A stretch of 64,000 nucleotides of DNA from Lama glama. Its lineage: Eukaryota. Location of the stretch: contig CM052818.1 in NCBI GenBank assembly GCA_028534125.1, positions 47,990,001 to 48,054,000 on the forward strand, read 5' to 3'. Below the pieces are notes generated by a model, which saw only the letters and a list, made by a program, of their open reading frames with translations, ran no database searches and was not told the DNA's origin. Of the stretch, positions 49,428 through 62,855 are shown one piece after another. The translations under genes and the position numbers were made by a program. Numbering within the stretch: position 1 is the stretch's first letter; each line of letters begins with the position of its first letter.

Positions 49428-49992
49428 GAAGGCTCCAACAGGGGGTCACATCAGAACAAGTGTGGCCGAGCCATGAGGATATCAGAAAGAGACTCCTGGT
49501 CTTAGTTCCAGAGGAGAGTCATCGGGACCCAGAAGTCCAGTTCACCTGATGCAGGAGGTGGGGACCTGTGAGGCAGGTGGGTGGGGCACTGGCCACACCA
49601 CGCATCCTGTTGAAGGAAGGCGGGAGGCAACCATGGTGATGCCTGGGGTGGGGCTTCCTGTCTGAGAGACAGTTAGAAAATACAAGAGGGACTCTGCAAA
49701 CAGCCTTATGGAGCCACCGTTAAGGGTGAGTAGGCGGAACACACAAGAGACAACCTGGCTGGCAACTCCATTAGCACGGACACAGCTGTGCCTTCCAGCT
49801 GCACCTCAAGTGGCCACAAACGTGGGCGCACCAAGGACCAGCCCTGAAACTCCACGTCATCCGATCCCCTTTCCCATTTACTCAGGTGGCAGCTTAGGAA
49901 GAAAGCTTGGCGGGAGAGGAGAGGAGGTGGAGCCCAGAGACTGAGCATTACCTGTAGCACTGCTTAAGTTATCACACTGGCTTAAGTTTCAA

Positions 49993-50046
49993 ACACACAC
50001 ACACCCACACACACATGCAGACACACATGCAGGCACACATATACAC
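49993..50046. repeat. Degenerate (CA)n microsatellite
   Basis: acacacacacacccacacacacatgcagacacacatgcaggcacacatatacac. Confidence 0.85.
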
Positions 50047-50704
50047 GTCTGTCCAGGGTGTGGGGACTCGAGGGGAAGTCAGCCATGGGTAGCAGGATTA
50101 CCTAGATGTCTCCTCTATTCTGGTTCTGTCTTGACTGTGCCCTCAGGGAGAGTCTACCGAGCATTAGAAGGGCTGCCTCATGACACCGCTGACAGCAAAT
50201 TGATGTCAAATAACTTCTTTTTATTTGGGCTTCAGTTTGCTTATCTCTGAAATGATAATATAGAGTAAAATCATTTTTGAGAGGCTTTCGATTCTAGTAT
50301 CCCGTGTTTATAATCCTTGCATTCATGTGAAGGACAGGAAGGATGATGTATGAGGAAGCCACAGATAAATGAGAGGATGTAGGAACCAGGTCAGGAGAGA
50401 CAGGACATGGGTGAGGAGAGCAGAGTCAGGAGAAGAAGTTGGAGGCTGAGGGGACTTTGTTGGCTGATGGATGTAGCCCATCCCATCCTGGCCACAGGCT
50501 CTAGCAACAGACTTTTATAAACTGCTGGGAGATGTTCTTAAATCCTTCTCACCAGCCCCCTTCCAGGAGGTGAGATTAGAATCGCAGCATCCATACTTTC
50601 TGCTGTAAACCCCCTCCTGTAAGTCACGCGGCTGGGCTGGATTTCAGATGAGCCCTCAACACAACAGTGACACAATTAGCTTTGACCGGGCATTTTCACT
50701 TTAA

Positions 50705-51063
50705 GTTTTTTAGTTAAGGCTGCTATAGCAAAGTACCAGATGCTGGGTGACTTATAAACATCAAAAATTGGTTTCTCACAGTTCTGGAGACTGGAAGTCC
50801 GTGTTTGGGGCACCAGCATGGTTGGGTTCTAATGAGATCCTTCTGGGTTGCAGACAACCTCCTTCTGGCTGTGTCCTCACGTGGCAGAAAGAGGGCGGGG
50901 AGCTCTGGGAGGGCTCCCTTATGAGGGCGCTCCTCCCGTTCCTGAGGGCCCCACCCTCACGCCCTCATCACCTCCCAAAGCCCCCACCTCCTAACACCAT
51001 CACCTCGGGGGTCAGGTTTCAACACATGGATTTGGGAAGGACGCAAACATTTAGTTGACAGCA
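50705..51063 (-). mobile_element. MLT1A-like solo LTR
   Basis: ggctgctatagcaaagtacca...tttctcacagttctggagactggaagtcc...ctgtgtcctcacgtggcagaa...cacctcccaaagcccccacctcctaacaccatcacctcgggggtcaggtttcaacacatggattt. Confidence 0.92.
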
Positions 51064-52204
51064 GAGAGAAAGTAGGAAGAAAGAATAACAACAACAAAGC
51101 AACAGCAGCAGCAAGAGAACAGATGTAGAGAAACAGACGAGGAGGCGGCGCCCTGAAACAGGGGACCCGGTGCTCCCTTCCCGGGCAGAACGGAGTCTCC
51201 AGTCTCCATGAGCCCTGACAGCACGGCTGCAGACGCTTCTCTCTGCTTCCCCACCTTCATGTGTCCTCATTTTCACACAAACAGCAGGAGCCTAATTAAG
51301 GAAAGCATTGGTGAATATGGACTTTAGATCATAAACTGGATATAAAGTTGAATTAAATCAGAAACTGAATTTTGAGAAGAATAAATGTTCCCCAACCTCA
51401 CACATTTCCTGATGAACCATAGGCTTTGGAATTACATTCGTTTGGAGTTGTGTTTCTTCTCTTCTACTCTTTTTTGGTGACATAGTTCTTGGAACAACCT
51501 TTTTGAGACTCAGTTTCTTAATTTGAAAGAGAAAATCTCAGTGTGATTTAGCACAGAAAACCCAGCAAAAAAACCACTTGATGGCGCAACGGGAGGGCAG
51601 CGCAGGCCCTCCCCTGGCTTCCCTGCCCCGCCCTCGGGTGGTGGTGGGCGGGCATCCTTCCACAACCTGGGAGACAGGACGAGGCGGGCGTGGTGCTGAG
51701 AGGGAGTCCTTGAGGAAAATAGCAGACGACCTTCCCTCGGGAGATGGGGAGGGGGGGATTTACTTCCGTGTCTCAATGTTCTTCCACCTCATTTCCTGGC
51801 TCAGGCTCACAAAGGCAATGCCTGTCTTGGAGGTATCAGCCCTGCAGGGTTCCCAGGTCATCTCCGTCTGGGTGACTCTTGCCTCACTCCAAGGCTGCTG
51901 TCATGTCTTCCCCCTCCAGGCATTTCCACCATCCCCACCCTAGACCCGACTTCCTCTCCTGGGACAGCATTTTTGAAACCACCTCTTGCTGGCCTGTAGA
52001 CCAGTTTATCCTCCCTGCAGTCATAGTTTGCAAGTGTCATCTTCTCTGGACTCCTCTTCCCTCGCCGGTGTCAGGTGCTAGCAGTGACAGCCCTTCCCCA
52101 TCAGCTGCCTCATCCCCTCTGAGTTCCTCTGCCTCAAACCGAGTCCTTCAAACCAGAGCATCTTCATCTCCACCTTTGTCTCTAGATGCCATTAACACCC
52201 CTCA

Positions 52205-52429
52205 TGGGCTGGCAAATGTTTTCTGGGAAGAGCCTGATTAAGAATAAAGATTTTCAGTGTTTTGAGCCTTGCGGTCTCCGTTGCAATTCCTCAGTTCCGC
52301 CATCTTAGTGTGAAATCATCCACAGACGATCGAGAATCGAATGGGTTTTCTGGGATCCAATAAAACGGCATTTGCAAAAACAGGCAGTAGGGAAGATGTG
52401 GCCGTCAGCCTGTGGCTTGCCAACATTTG
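52205..52429 (+). mobile_element. MER58A-like hAT-Charlie element
   Basis: catgggctggcaaatgttttctgggaagagcctga...ggtctccgttgcaattcctcag...ccaataaaacggcatttgcaaaaacaggc...cttgccaac; terminal inverted ggcaa/ttgcc. Confidence 0.8.
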
Positions 52430-52639
52430 TGATGGTTAAATCCTCCGGGGCGGTTGCTCCCGGCTTCTCCCTCATTTCCACAGGAGACACACACCTGAGC
52501 GCATAAATGCTCCCACCGCTGACTCTTTAAAGACCTCTCTCCCGTGCGGACGCTGCTGCCCCTGCCTGGGGACAAACCCACTACCTGGGGCCGAGGTCTG
52601 TCTTTCCTGCCTTGACGTAAGTGCCAATCAGAAAGCAGC

Positions 52640-53150
52640 TGAGTGATTAAGAATCTAGACTGTGGAACAAACTATCTGGATCTGATTCCTGTCTCTGCCA
52701 CTTACCAGCTCTCTGACCTCAGTTTCCTCATCTGTGGGATGGGGGCGGAGTCCCCCGGCAGACTCGAGGCTGAGGCCTCTGCTGGGATGCTGGCTCAGCG
52801 CGGAGGGTGTCAGCTCGCTCTTCCTCCAGGAAGCGGGTCTCGGCTTGTGCACATGATCGTGGAATGGTCCAACAGCGAGAAGGGAGAGCCTCTAACCTGC
52901 AGCAGCCCTCAAGCTTCCACTTAGGCGTCATTGGCTGTTGTCCTGTTGACTAAAGCCAACTTGGAGTCAGTGCCAGGGAGCAATTACAGCAGGTGTGTCT
53001 GCAGGGAGGAGATTATGTGACCATATTGCAAACATTTACCAAAGGGACAATGACAGCTGACTAACAGGGTTATTTGAGGATTACCTGAATTAACATGCAT
53101 CAGGCATTGAAGCAGTGCCTTGAATACAACGAGTACTAACTAAGGGCTTG
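52640..53150 (+). mobile_element. MIR split by an antisense MLT1 LTR fragment (~52746-53043)
   Basis: MIR 5' half ...ctctctgacctcagtttcctcatctgtgggatggg; LTR ending ...gaccatattgcaaacatttaccaaa; MIR resumes gggacaatgacagctgactaacagggttatttgaggatta. Confidence 0.65.
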
Positions 53151-53299
53151 TCATCGCTGTTAACTCCTGGGGTCCCTCTCAGTGCCAAGATCTGTGACAC
53201 TGAAGGTTTTATCCAGAAATCTCATGCTTTATTTTATTTCGGCTCTGCCACAAACTTCGGGCATGCAGATAACTTGTCCCATTGGCTCTAGTTCCTTTC

Positions 53300-53990
53300 C
53301 AGTTTGTGGGTATTTATTTTTAGTTTCACAAGCAATATATAAATGCATGGTTATTATGAATACAACAAAAATAAAAGAATATAGAGTAAAAAGTATATTA
53401 CCCATACCTGTAATATCACCCTCTCCTCAAACGCATTTACCATCCCCATTAAAAGTTCATTATTTAACCTTCCTTAAAGTTATACATGCATGTGTCATCT
53501 AATACAATACATACAAAATATTTCATAAGTGCAAACTATGTATACAAATAAAGATGTGCCTTTCACATACATAAACGCTGGGTGTGTCTCTATATTACAT
53601 GATTTGTAATTGCGTTGTATAGCTTGCTTACACAAAAGGGCCATGCTCTGGTTAGTACCCTGGGAATTGCTTTCTTCAGTTAATATGTGTTGGATGACTT
53701 TTACCAGCAGATATGAGCTGTATAATATATTTTAAGCCCCATGTTGTTTCCTAATATGACGACGCTTTACTTTCTTTAAGCATTCCATATCAAGAAGTGT
53801 CAGGTTATTTCTATCTGTTCTCAGGTCTAAGCGGTGCTCCACACATCTTCGCCCATGTCGTCAGTGTGTATATAGACATGTTGATAGGAGGTGACTTACT
53901 GATTGAAGTTGTGCATGTCTTGCATTTTAAGAGAATCAGTCAAGTTTTGCTTCTCAAAGGCTGTGTCAGCCGTTCATTAAGGGACTCATG
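53300..53990 (-). mobile_element. L1ME-type 3' fragments
   Basis: ctttcttcagttaatatgtgttgga...ttctttaagcattccatatc...caggttatttcta...cacatctt...gaatcagtcaagttttgcttctcaaaggctgt. Confidence 0.55.
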
Positions 53991-55253
53991 TGGAAGGCTT
54001 GGAGTACATAATTTTAAAATTATCTTCCAATTTTATAACTCCTTGGTTCTGATCGAGACCATGGCACCAGAAATGTTATGACGCGAATGAATGCCCTGTA
54101 CTTACCATCTCCGAGTTCAGCCATAATTGAAGGCCAAATTCAGACAACTTAGTGAGTCTCCAGGCACCAATAGTTAAGAGCTAATTTACTCTATGCTTTA
54201 AAGTTTTAACTTAAAAAAAAGAAAATCTTCATATTCTGGATTAAATGGGCAATGGCGTCCCCTATCTGCAGGAGCCCCAAGCGTGTCATCGGCATCCCGT
54301 TGGCTGATGTGGGTCGCGGTGTGTGTGTCACTCAGGCACTGTGCACACACACACACTCTTGTGACCGAGTGCCAGCAGAGGAAGCCTGCCTGACCTGCTC
54401 CACCAGGTTCCTCGTGGGAGCTTCAGCGGGCGGTCTTGAGGGCCAGAGTCATCCAGGGAAGTTTTAATAAGGCAGCATGTGCTAAAGCATGACTGACAGA
54501 AATAGTAAGTTAACATCTATGGGAGAAACCTCTGGCTTGGAGCTGCAGTAGGCAGACAGCCAACAGAAATTGTTTTGTGGATGAAATATTTCCTAAAAAT
54601 AGCTCTCCCAGCTCAGCCTAATGCAATTAAAGTTAGTGATGTACATAATAAGAAAACTGGGAGCTCTTCCTGCTAATAACCACTGTGGAACCAAGGCAAT
54701 CCATTCCATTAATTTAATATACACTTTCATAGTCCCTTGGTAATAGAAGTATAATTAAAATGATATGCTTTGATAGGCTTTTCTTTCCAAAATGAAATTT
54801 TGCAAGTTCAGGTTTCAAAATGCATATATATACTTTTCCAGTAATCATCACTCATTGTACATTAATTCTGGGTTCTCCTTCTTCCATGCCCCTCGCAACA
54901 CATTTCCTTGAAGTTGAACCTCCTGACAGTGGTACTGACAGATTTCCTGGTGCAGGAAGCTGGTTGAGGAAGAGCTAGGAAGATCATGAGAATTAACTGC
55001 TGGAAGCAGGTAACGAGGATTTGGGGTTAAATTTGGGCTTATTTAAGATTTTTCCTAATAACATACAAAAAAGTTCAATTAAACTCGTCCATTTAAGGAA
55101 CACAAGATTTAAAAATCCAAAGGACTGAAAACAATACAGTGACACTCTAAAAATGGGACTCCCATTTTTATGAACAATCGGATAACCTACCCTCTCCTAT
55201 AATTTTTTGCCCATATGATTTCAAGACACTTGTTCAAATTGATGCCATATGGA

Positions 55254-55310
55254 TTATTTTAATAATTTTTAATAATTTAATAAATAAAAATAATTTAATA
55301 AATAAAATAA
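55254..55310. repeat. AT-rich low-complexity tandem repeat
   Basis: ttattttaataatttttaataatttaataaataaaaataatttaataaataaaataa. Confidence 0.85.
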
Positions 55311-55799
55311 CTCTGTTCTGTTTGGAATTCATTGGGAAATAAATTGTCTTATTATTTATTTAACTCTACTTCAAGGTACATGAAGTTATTCTTTCTACAC
55401 CCTCAATTAAGCATGAATGTTTATGCATCTGAATCAACTCAAAAAGAAGTTCAAAAGTTATGTCCCACTGAAAAATTGTAATAAAAAGGAATTTTCAAAG
55501 GGAAGGAATATTGACGTGTGGGCAAGTCTGAACTAAGACGTAAAGTGTGGTGGGGACTGAGGACGCTGATACAGAAGGCCGCTGGGATGTTCATCTGCGG
55601 CAACGCTGACAATGATGCTGGTGGGGTGTGCACCATTGACTACTGCCTGTGTCACACCCCATGCGCAAGCCATCAGCAGAGCCTGCCACTCTGTTTACCC
55701 CCAAAATAGTGGAGATTCTGACCCCATCTCAACCCCTAAGCTGCTAAATCGTCATCCGAGCAACCATTGGCTTCTCTCTCAACTATTAGAATAATCTCT

Positions 55800-56345
55800 T
55801 CCTCTCTTGTTTCCCTGTAGAAGATTGTGGCTCAAGGAAAACATCAGCTGCGGATCGTTCATTCTCAAAAACACCACAGGAACTTCCCTTCTCACCCAGA
55901 TCAAATGCCTTCAAGCCCTACGTGGCCACTGTCTCTCCTTCGCCCTCCGCCAACCCCATCCTTCACTCCCTGCCCCTGCTCTGCTCGCACAGACCCACCT
56001 GTGTTGGTTTCCTTTCAACTGTTCAAGAAACGCTTTCCTGCAGACATCTCAATGCCCTGTTCCCTCAAATTATTTGCCTCTGCTCAAATTTTGCTTCATG
56101 ATAAATGCCAACACAGTGTCCCCTAAAAAAGGAACTCCATTCCATCAAACTCCTTTTCTTTTATTGTGTCTCTATTTTTTAAATAACCCTTAGCACACCT
56201 GACTTATTCTGTATATCTATGTCTTACCTGTCTCTCCTCATTCAAATCTATGTTCCTTGAAAAAAGGGATATTTTTTCCTGTCATATTCCTAGTACCTAG
56301 AATAATGCCTTGCACACAGTAGCCATTAAACAAATACTGGTTGTA
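55800..56345 (+). mobile_element. L2 3' end
   Basis: ...tacctgtctctcctcattcaaatctatgttccttgaaaaaaggga...tattcctagtacctagaataatgccttgcacacagtagccattaaacaaatactggttg. Confidence 0.8.
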
Positions 56346-57613
56346 AACTTTAATTTTTCTCTTTTCATAATGTGATTTCTAAAAACTCATGAAGCCATAT
56401 CCCATAACGAGAAGCTCGATCCAGGTGATAACACAAGTTTTGAGATTCATTATCTCCACAATGTCATGGCTCCATCATCATCTGGCTTGAGAATGGAAGA
56501 TCATTCACATGTCTGACATTCTATATGTTTTCTTCATCAAAAATATAAAATAGAAGTTGCTGAGTATACCTACCAAATTCACTATGAAATGACACATCAT
56601 GGCCACAATGTGGTACTAATCTTCAAACATATCCAGTAGACTTGCTTTTTTACACTCAGTTTGAAAGATGATTAATACCTGTTGACATAAAATTAGCCTT
56701 GTGCTGATTATATCTTCACTTGATTACTGATCTTAAATTAGCCTGGGGCTCTTTTCTGATTGGGAATTTGGAACAGCTTTCTCCACGTAGAAGTATATTT
56801 TCTCTTGATGGAAAACAATTCCAGTCTTTTGAATTAAATTGTGAAATACTATTTATAGTATTAGAAATTTAATTATGTATTTCTGCCGTATGCTGGATGT
56901 CTTATCTTTAGACATACAGCATATCTTAAGAATAACCATAGTGACAACGGAATGTGAAAAATTATACTCTGGAGACATTTTGAAGGACTAAGCCTTTATG
57001 AATCAATTCATATGTAAACTCAACAGCCTGCACCTGTTGCCTAAAATTCTCACTTTCGGTGTTCTTGCTTCATCTCACCAACTTGATTATAAGTTCCTCG
57101 ATCATTGGAACCAGTTCATACCTCTCATTTTGGACTGAATGAAATCACAGTTGACGGTACTGAGAACCTCTGTTCTTTCTAAAGAGTCTCTGGTATGTTT
57201 AAAACCTCAAAGATTTGAGTTTCTCCATTTTGCTTATGCTCGCACTGCTTTTTTTTGGTGGATTTCAACATTTTGTTCAGCGGTATTATTTCTGCTTCAA
57301 ATGTTCTCCAAGCAGGTCTATAAATGAGTGGAGGTCTCCGGTGCTTGAAGTCTCTCACTCACACATCCAGACTTTCTTAGGGAAACTGCTGTAAAGATCC
57401 AAGCTCTTCAGAAAGGTGTGCACAGAGGTGGGAAACGATGAGCTTATGTCCCTTACGTTTCTCTGTATCAGGGAGCGGACACATTTCTTTCAGATGTTAG
57501 TGCAGGAGTTCTGTAACTACGAAGCGTGGAAACAAAAATGTGCAGTAAGGAAGGGTGTGTCTGAAATAAAGAAGAAACATCAGGTGACAAATTGACATTA
57601 CTGCAAATGTGCT

Positions 57614-57700
57614 CTTGTTAGCCATGTAAGTGTCAAATTATATATAAACTTATATATACACTTGTTAGTAATATACAGTGTCAAATTATATATAAACTTA
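57614..57700. repeat. Tandem duplication, ~47-48-bp unit
   Basis: agtgtcaaattatatataaactta occurs exactly at 57629-57652 and 57677-57700; each copy is preceded by cttgttag. Confidence 0.9.
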
Positions 57701-57734
57701 ACGTCATACAAAAGCTTTATTGTTCCACTCTACC

Positions 57735-57860
57735 GTACAAAGTCGATATCACTTCTATTTTACAGATGAGAAAACTGAGGTCAACTTTGTGTACGTCAAT
57801 GGTCTCCTAGTCAGATTTCATGATTGTTAAGTCTAGAGCTCTGTCCCCTACACCAGACCT
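57735..57860 (-). mobile_element. MIR fragment
   Basis: ctattttacagatgagaaaactgagg core. Confidence 0.7.
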
Positions 57861-58863
57861 ATTTCCACACTTCAGGGCCCCACACAGGATGTGACAAACA
57901 CTCTGGCTGGTGTCTCCTCTTTGCCTTCATTGGAGTTTTTGCTGGTGGGATGGCACTCACTCCACCGGTCCCGCTGCGTCGTTTACAGTCAATTTGTTTT
58001 TCTTCTTTCTCAGCACATCTTTATGCATCACTAATCACTGGATTTAACACTTCTCAGAAAAGGGGAGATAACATCCGCAGAAGGTTAAGAAGCCTAAGGA
58101 AAAAAGCTTAGTGATGCTAACAGAATAAATGAGTGATTTGGGTCTGAAGGTACAAATGCCAACTACTGACAAGACTGACTTACAGGTGAAACAAGTCACA
58201 GACAGTGAACCAAAACATGTGCCTGCTGGCATTTCATCAGAAGCGCTCGACTGCAGCTCTCTGGAAACATTTTGCTGACAGTCCCCCGTAGCATCAGCTG
58301 TGTGCCTGTCACATTCAGTGGGAATACGCTTGATGGAAAGAGGCCAGCAGACTCAGTTAGGGGGTGTGCTGTTTCTTTAATGGCAAAGGATGTGGAAAGC
58401 TCAGAATATGACTGCAGAGTCAGGAGGTGAGACCGCATCCTCCAAGGCAGAGCTGGCTCCCAAGCGTTCTCCGAGGCTGCTGAGAAAATGAAGTACCAAG
58501 GATGCATCTGCCTACGTGGGGTGAGCATTTTGCCAGGGAAAATGATTTTCATCATTCTGTAGGCAAACTGGCCTTCTCTTGACCGTCCTGGGGCCTCAGC
58601 CTGCTCTGAGGAGCTGCGTGTAATTCATGTGGAACCAACTCAGCGAAATCACGAGTGACTGCGTCCTGCAACGTGAGGGGGATTGGAGGGCAGCTCCTGG
58701 GGAGCGCTCCCCAGGAAGCCCAGACGTTGGCTCTGTCTGAGGGCCACTTTGGAAGCAACACAAGGAATGATTTAAAGTGACTAACCACACAGACAGAATC
58801 AATGTGCATCTCAACTTATTGCTATGATTGTGCGTTCAGAGGTTTGAATTCTAGCTGGTCTCT

Positions 58864-59205
58864 TCTATAGGCTGAATGCTTGTGTCCTTCCAACATTCAC
58901 AGGATGGAAACCTGACTCCCAATGTGATCGGCTTTTGGGAGACAATCAGGTCATGAGGGTAGAGCCCTGACGATGGGGTCAGTGTCTTTAAAACGAGACC
59001 TCGCAGAACTCCCTGCCCCAGTGTGAGGACACAGTGGGAAGATGGGCAGCTTCGAACCAGGAAGCAGGGTCTCACCAGACCCCGGGCCTGCCAGTACCGT
59101 GATCTTAGACTTCCAAGCCTCCAGAACTATGAGAAATAAATTTATTTGGTTTATAAACTACCCAGTCTATAGTGTTGTGTTACAACAGCCTGAAAAGACT
59201 TGGAC
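58864..59205 (+). mobile_element. MLT1A-like solo LTR
   Basis: ctataggctgaatgcttgtgtcc...aggtcatgagggtagagccc...tgtgaggacacagtg...gatcttagacttccaagcctccagaactatgagaaataaattt...ctacccagtctat...cagcctgaaaagact. Confidence 0.92.
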
Positions 59206-59839
59206 ATTTTCTAAGACTTTGTCAAATAGGAAGAAAGACATATCAAAGAGATGCAAAAATATTATCTCGGTGGGAAAATTTGCAATATGAATTTTGTTTG
59301 CTGCTGTTAAAATAGACTTGAAAAGGGAGCTGATTTGATCCGAATTTGGGCTCACGGTGACATCGCGATAACGTTCACCCTAGGTCACAGTTGACAATCA
59401 AAGTTAGCATATTCGTGATTAGGGCTCAGAAGGTCCTACTGAATCCTCTGCTGCCGAACGGGAACCTTTCTGGGACACAGTCTTTCTGACTAACTGGGCC
59501 CTAATGAGGTTTGCTCCTGACAGAGAGATGGCGCCGTTTATATTTTTCCAATAGCACAGCAGTGACACATTTCAGTCTTTGGTCCCTCAGTGCCCCATCA
59601 CCAGCTGTGTGACGGTAGGACTGGACAAGGTGTGGCCTTGGAGGTGCAATAATGACTGTGTAACTTCTCTTGTTTAGAGTGACAAGGCTGGACCTGATGG
59701 CTTCTCTTTTCCCTTTAATATCTGAAATTCCCTGAAAGTTGATTTTAGTAACTTTTGGGGTAGGGTTTAAATGCATTTTCTAAAAATGTGGTTTTTAAAA
59801 TGTTATGTTCGAATCAGGTAATCTACCCTTACTATAGGC

Positions 59840-60208
59840 CGCACACACGTGTACACGCGTGCATACTCGCACACACACACTAAGTCGTTTCAAGGCCTTG
59901 GCTCCCATGATCGTGGGGGCTGGCAAGTCTGAGCTCCTTGGGGCAGACCCGCAAGCTGGACTCTCAGGCAGGAGCTGATGCTGCAGCCTTAGGGCAGAAT
60001 TTCTTCTGTGGGAAACCTTAGTTTTTTTTTGTCTTAAATCCTTTCAAAGGATTGGATGAAGCCCAATGGCTTTGTTGAAGAAAATCTCCTTTACTTGAAC
60101 TCAACTGATTACAGCTTTGAAGCTCGTTGACGCGTCACCTAGATTTGCACTGGACTGGATGGCTGTGCAAAAATTGTTGTCTAGCCAAATTGACACAGAA
60201 AACTAAGG
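59840..60208 (-). mobile_element. MLT2 (ERVL) LTR with internal CA-rich tract
   Basis: ttggctcccatgatcgtgggggctggcaagtctga...gattggatgaagccca...aatctcctttacttgaactcaactgatt...ctagccaaattgacacagaaaactaa. Confidence 0.85.
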
Positions 60209-61394
60209 ACTGCAGGACATGGAAAGAGAAAGGAACAAAAGCACCTTGATGCAAGCTTAATTCACTTTAAAATGAATGAATTCTTCACGGACGGTGGTAA
60301 TGATTAGACTTGTTTGGGCTCCAGTGATCGAGGGTGACGAACACTGCTGTTCTGGAGGCTGGAGAGGAGCCTGGAGCAACCTCTGCTGGGGGTTCCCTGA
60401 AAAAGAGCCTCCCTTTCCCCAGCCCCATGTTTTGCAGCTGCAGTGGCCAGTGCACTCCTGACTTGAAGTACGAGGTGGAAATCTGGTTATTATCCTGCCC
60501 TGAGGGCATCTCCTATCCCTGAGCTCGTCTCCTGGAGCAGCCTGAGAGCACAGGACCAGCCCACGGTAGCCCTAGGCAAGATTATGTCCAAGCTTCCCAG
60601 TTCTCGTCTTGTTTTGTTGAACAGAAAGTCAGGAGCTGGGAGTCCGAGTGTCGCAGAAAGAGCGAAGATTTGCTGTGTGAAACCTGTAACCCCTCCTTCT
60701 CCCTCCCTCCCTCCCTACTCTTCAAGCCTGTTCCTCAGACAGCTGAGCTTTGCAGCTCCCATTTTCCAAAGCGCTGGACACACAGATGTGCAGGGCATGG
60801 ATCCCTCCCCCTGGGAACTGCGCAGTGTTTGGGGTCTCTGTTGACTGCATTTCAGTTTTTGAGGATTTGTTTTTCTCCCCAGAAATGAGACCACCCTAGG
60901 ACCAGGTCTAACCCAAGAGGACAGTGACTTTCAGCCTTTCAGTTTCCTTGGGGTGTGTCCCACAGGGAAGGCAATTCTGGAGAGAGCAGGAGCATCACTG
61001 GCTGCCCCGCTACAGGAATAAAATTTGCCTAAAAGGGAGTTTTGGGTTTTTTTTTTAAAGAGGCTTTCAGTGTAAATCTTTCCTTCTATCACCCCTACAG
61101 AATCTTCTATAAGGTCTTTATTTCTTGCTTAATGTGTTTTATATATATATAAAACATATATATATATTCGAAGGAGCTGAGTTCTACGCCTAGACTGACG
61201 AAGCATGAAGACAGACTTCTGTCCCTAATCTGTGAACCAGTGGATGGGGTGGAGGGGAAGAGTGACACCTGCGTTACAGGTGAAGTTCTGGTCTGACGTG
61301 TAACTTGGTGGAGATGCTTATCGGGCGGGTGGTCCGCGCACACCAACGAGATGAGTCCCACGGCCTTAGAGACTCTCCTTCCTGCAGTAAACAC

Positions 61395-61680
61395 GCGGAA
61401 ATCACCGTGTGCTGAGAACTAGGGGTCCGGGGATACAAAAGGCATAGTCCTTGCCCTCGAGGTTCTTAATAGTGCAGCGGTGTCAGATATACATTTAAAC
61501 ACTTCAGTATTTACCAGTCTGGTCGGCTAAGGAGGATTTGCGGGGTGCTGTGGGTGATGGGGGTTTGGAAGTCAGCATGGGGAAATCTGTGAGGTCATCA
61601 GAAACTCAATCTGAGGCTTAAAAGGAGAATAGGAGTTTGTCATTTCAGAAGGCAGGTTAAGTAGGCATTTCCGGTCAGCA
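61395..61680 (-). mobile_element. L2 3' end
   Basis: accgtgtgctgagaactagggg...aggcatagtccttgccctcgaggttctta...tctgaggcttaaaaggagaataggagtttg. Confidence 0.6.
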
Positions 61681-62639
61681 GAAAGATCCATGCAGTGGCA
61701 CAGACCTGTGAGCGTGGAGCTCTCCAGGAGCGCCACGTATCTGAAGGATGAGGAGGCAAGCGTAGCCAGAACAGTTAGACAAACATGTGTGGTCTACTCT
61801 TTGACAGCCTTGGGTGCCACAAAGAGGACCTGATATCCTGTAGCTGACTGAGTACAAGTGAGGACTACTGAGGAAGCCAGTAGTAATAAGATGACAATGT
61901 GCACTGAAAATACATGCGTGTGGGACAGTTATGCGAGACTAGAAACAAGGTTACAGAAAGAAAGTGATGGAAATGGTCCAGGCAGGTGAGAAAGACAGGT
62001 TTGCAGAAGATGCACGGAGGAGAGACAAGAAAGTGCATCTTTTGTTTTTGGTGGGGAGGGGTCGTAAAAATTGCAAATTTTGCTGTCTTTGCACAAAACA
62101 ACCATGTATAATAGGCACACATCAGTATGTCTCTATCGATTCATTCATTGCTGATTTTTTTTTAATGAAGACTTTTTTTTTTCCAGTTGGATAAAGACTA
62201 TTTGCCAACTAAATTTTGTGTTGCTTGGGAGAAATTTAAAAATAAAGCCCTTATTTGTTCACTAATTTATTAAATTTAAACAGGGTCCTACAACTATCCA
62301 TCACACAGGAATCTACAGAGCCTAGGAAACATATATTAATGTATCTTATTATAACAAGAAAATTGCAGAAGTCCTATTAGTGATATGTATCATGCAGCTA
62401 ACTGTTGTGCCCAGAGGCAGGCGGTGGAAAGTAAGGGGCAATCTCTTTTTTGCATGGTGCTCCTACCAGGCAAACCAGGTAACAGCTTTTATCTTACTGC
62501 TTCAGTGGAGCGAGAGGAATATTCCCCAATCAAAACTCAGAGTATCTTCACATATTAGGAATTCATGTCATATTCCCATAAATGTATTTAGGATTCCATT
62601 AAAGATGCTCTTTTTAAAATTGCTGGGTTTTGCAAAAGT

Positions 62640-62855
62640 GCTAGCACCTTACAATATGTTACAATATTATCTCTACTTATATGGTTTTATTAGAACTTCT
62701 CATAGTAGAAAAGCTATTATTTCTCTTATTTTATACTTTCAAAAATTGAGACTCAGACACGAAAAAAGAAGAGTTTGTTAAAGGTTACAGGGAAGTTAAA
62801 CAGCAGAGATCAAACCAAATCAAACCTAAACCCAGGTTTTCTGCTCTTCCTGTAA
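62640..62855 (-). mobile_element. MIR SINE
   Basis: gctattatttctcttattttatactttcaaaaattgagactcaga...aaggttacaggg...ctaaacccagg. Confidence 0.6.

Noticed and set aside
54914..55009. Candidate exon ending CAG/gtaacg
   Set aside because: All three frames contain stops and the acceptor is weak. At most it is non-coding, and it is unsupported.
57494..57544. 51-nt candidate exon encoding MLVQEFCNYEAWKQKCA (kinase hinge-like)
   Set aside because: The similarity is limited to a few residues, and no other kinase exons are present in the window.
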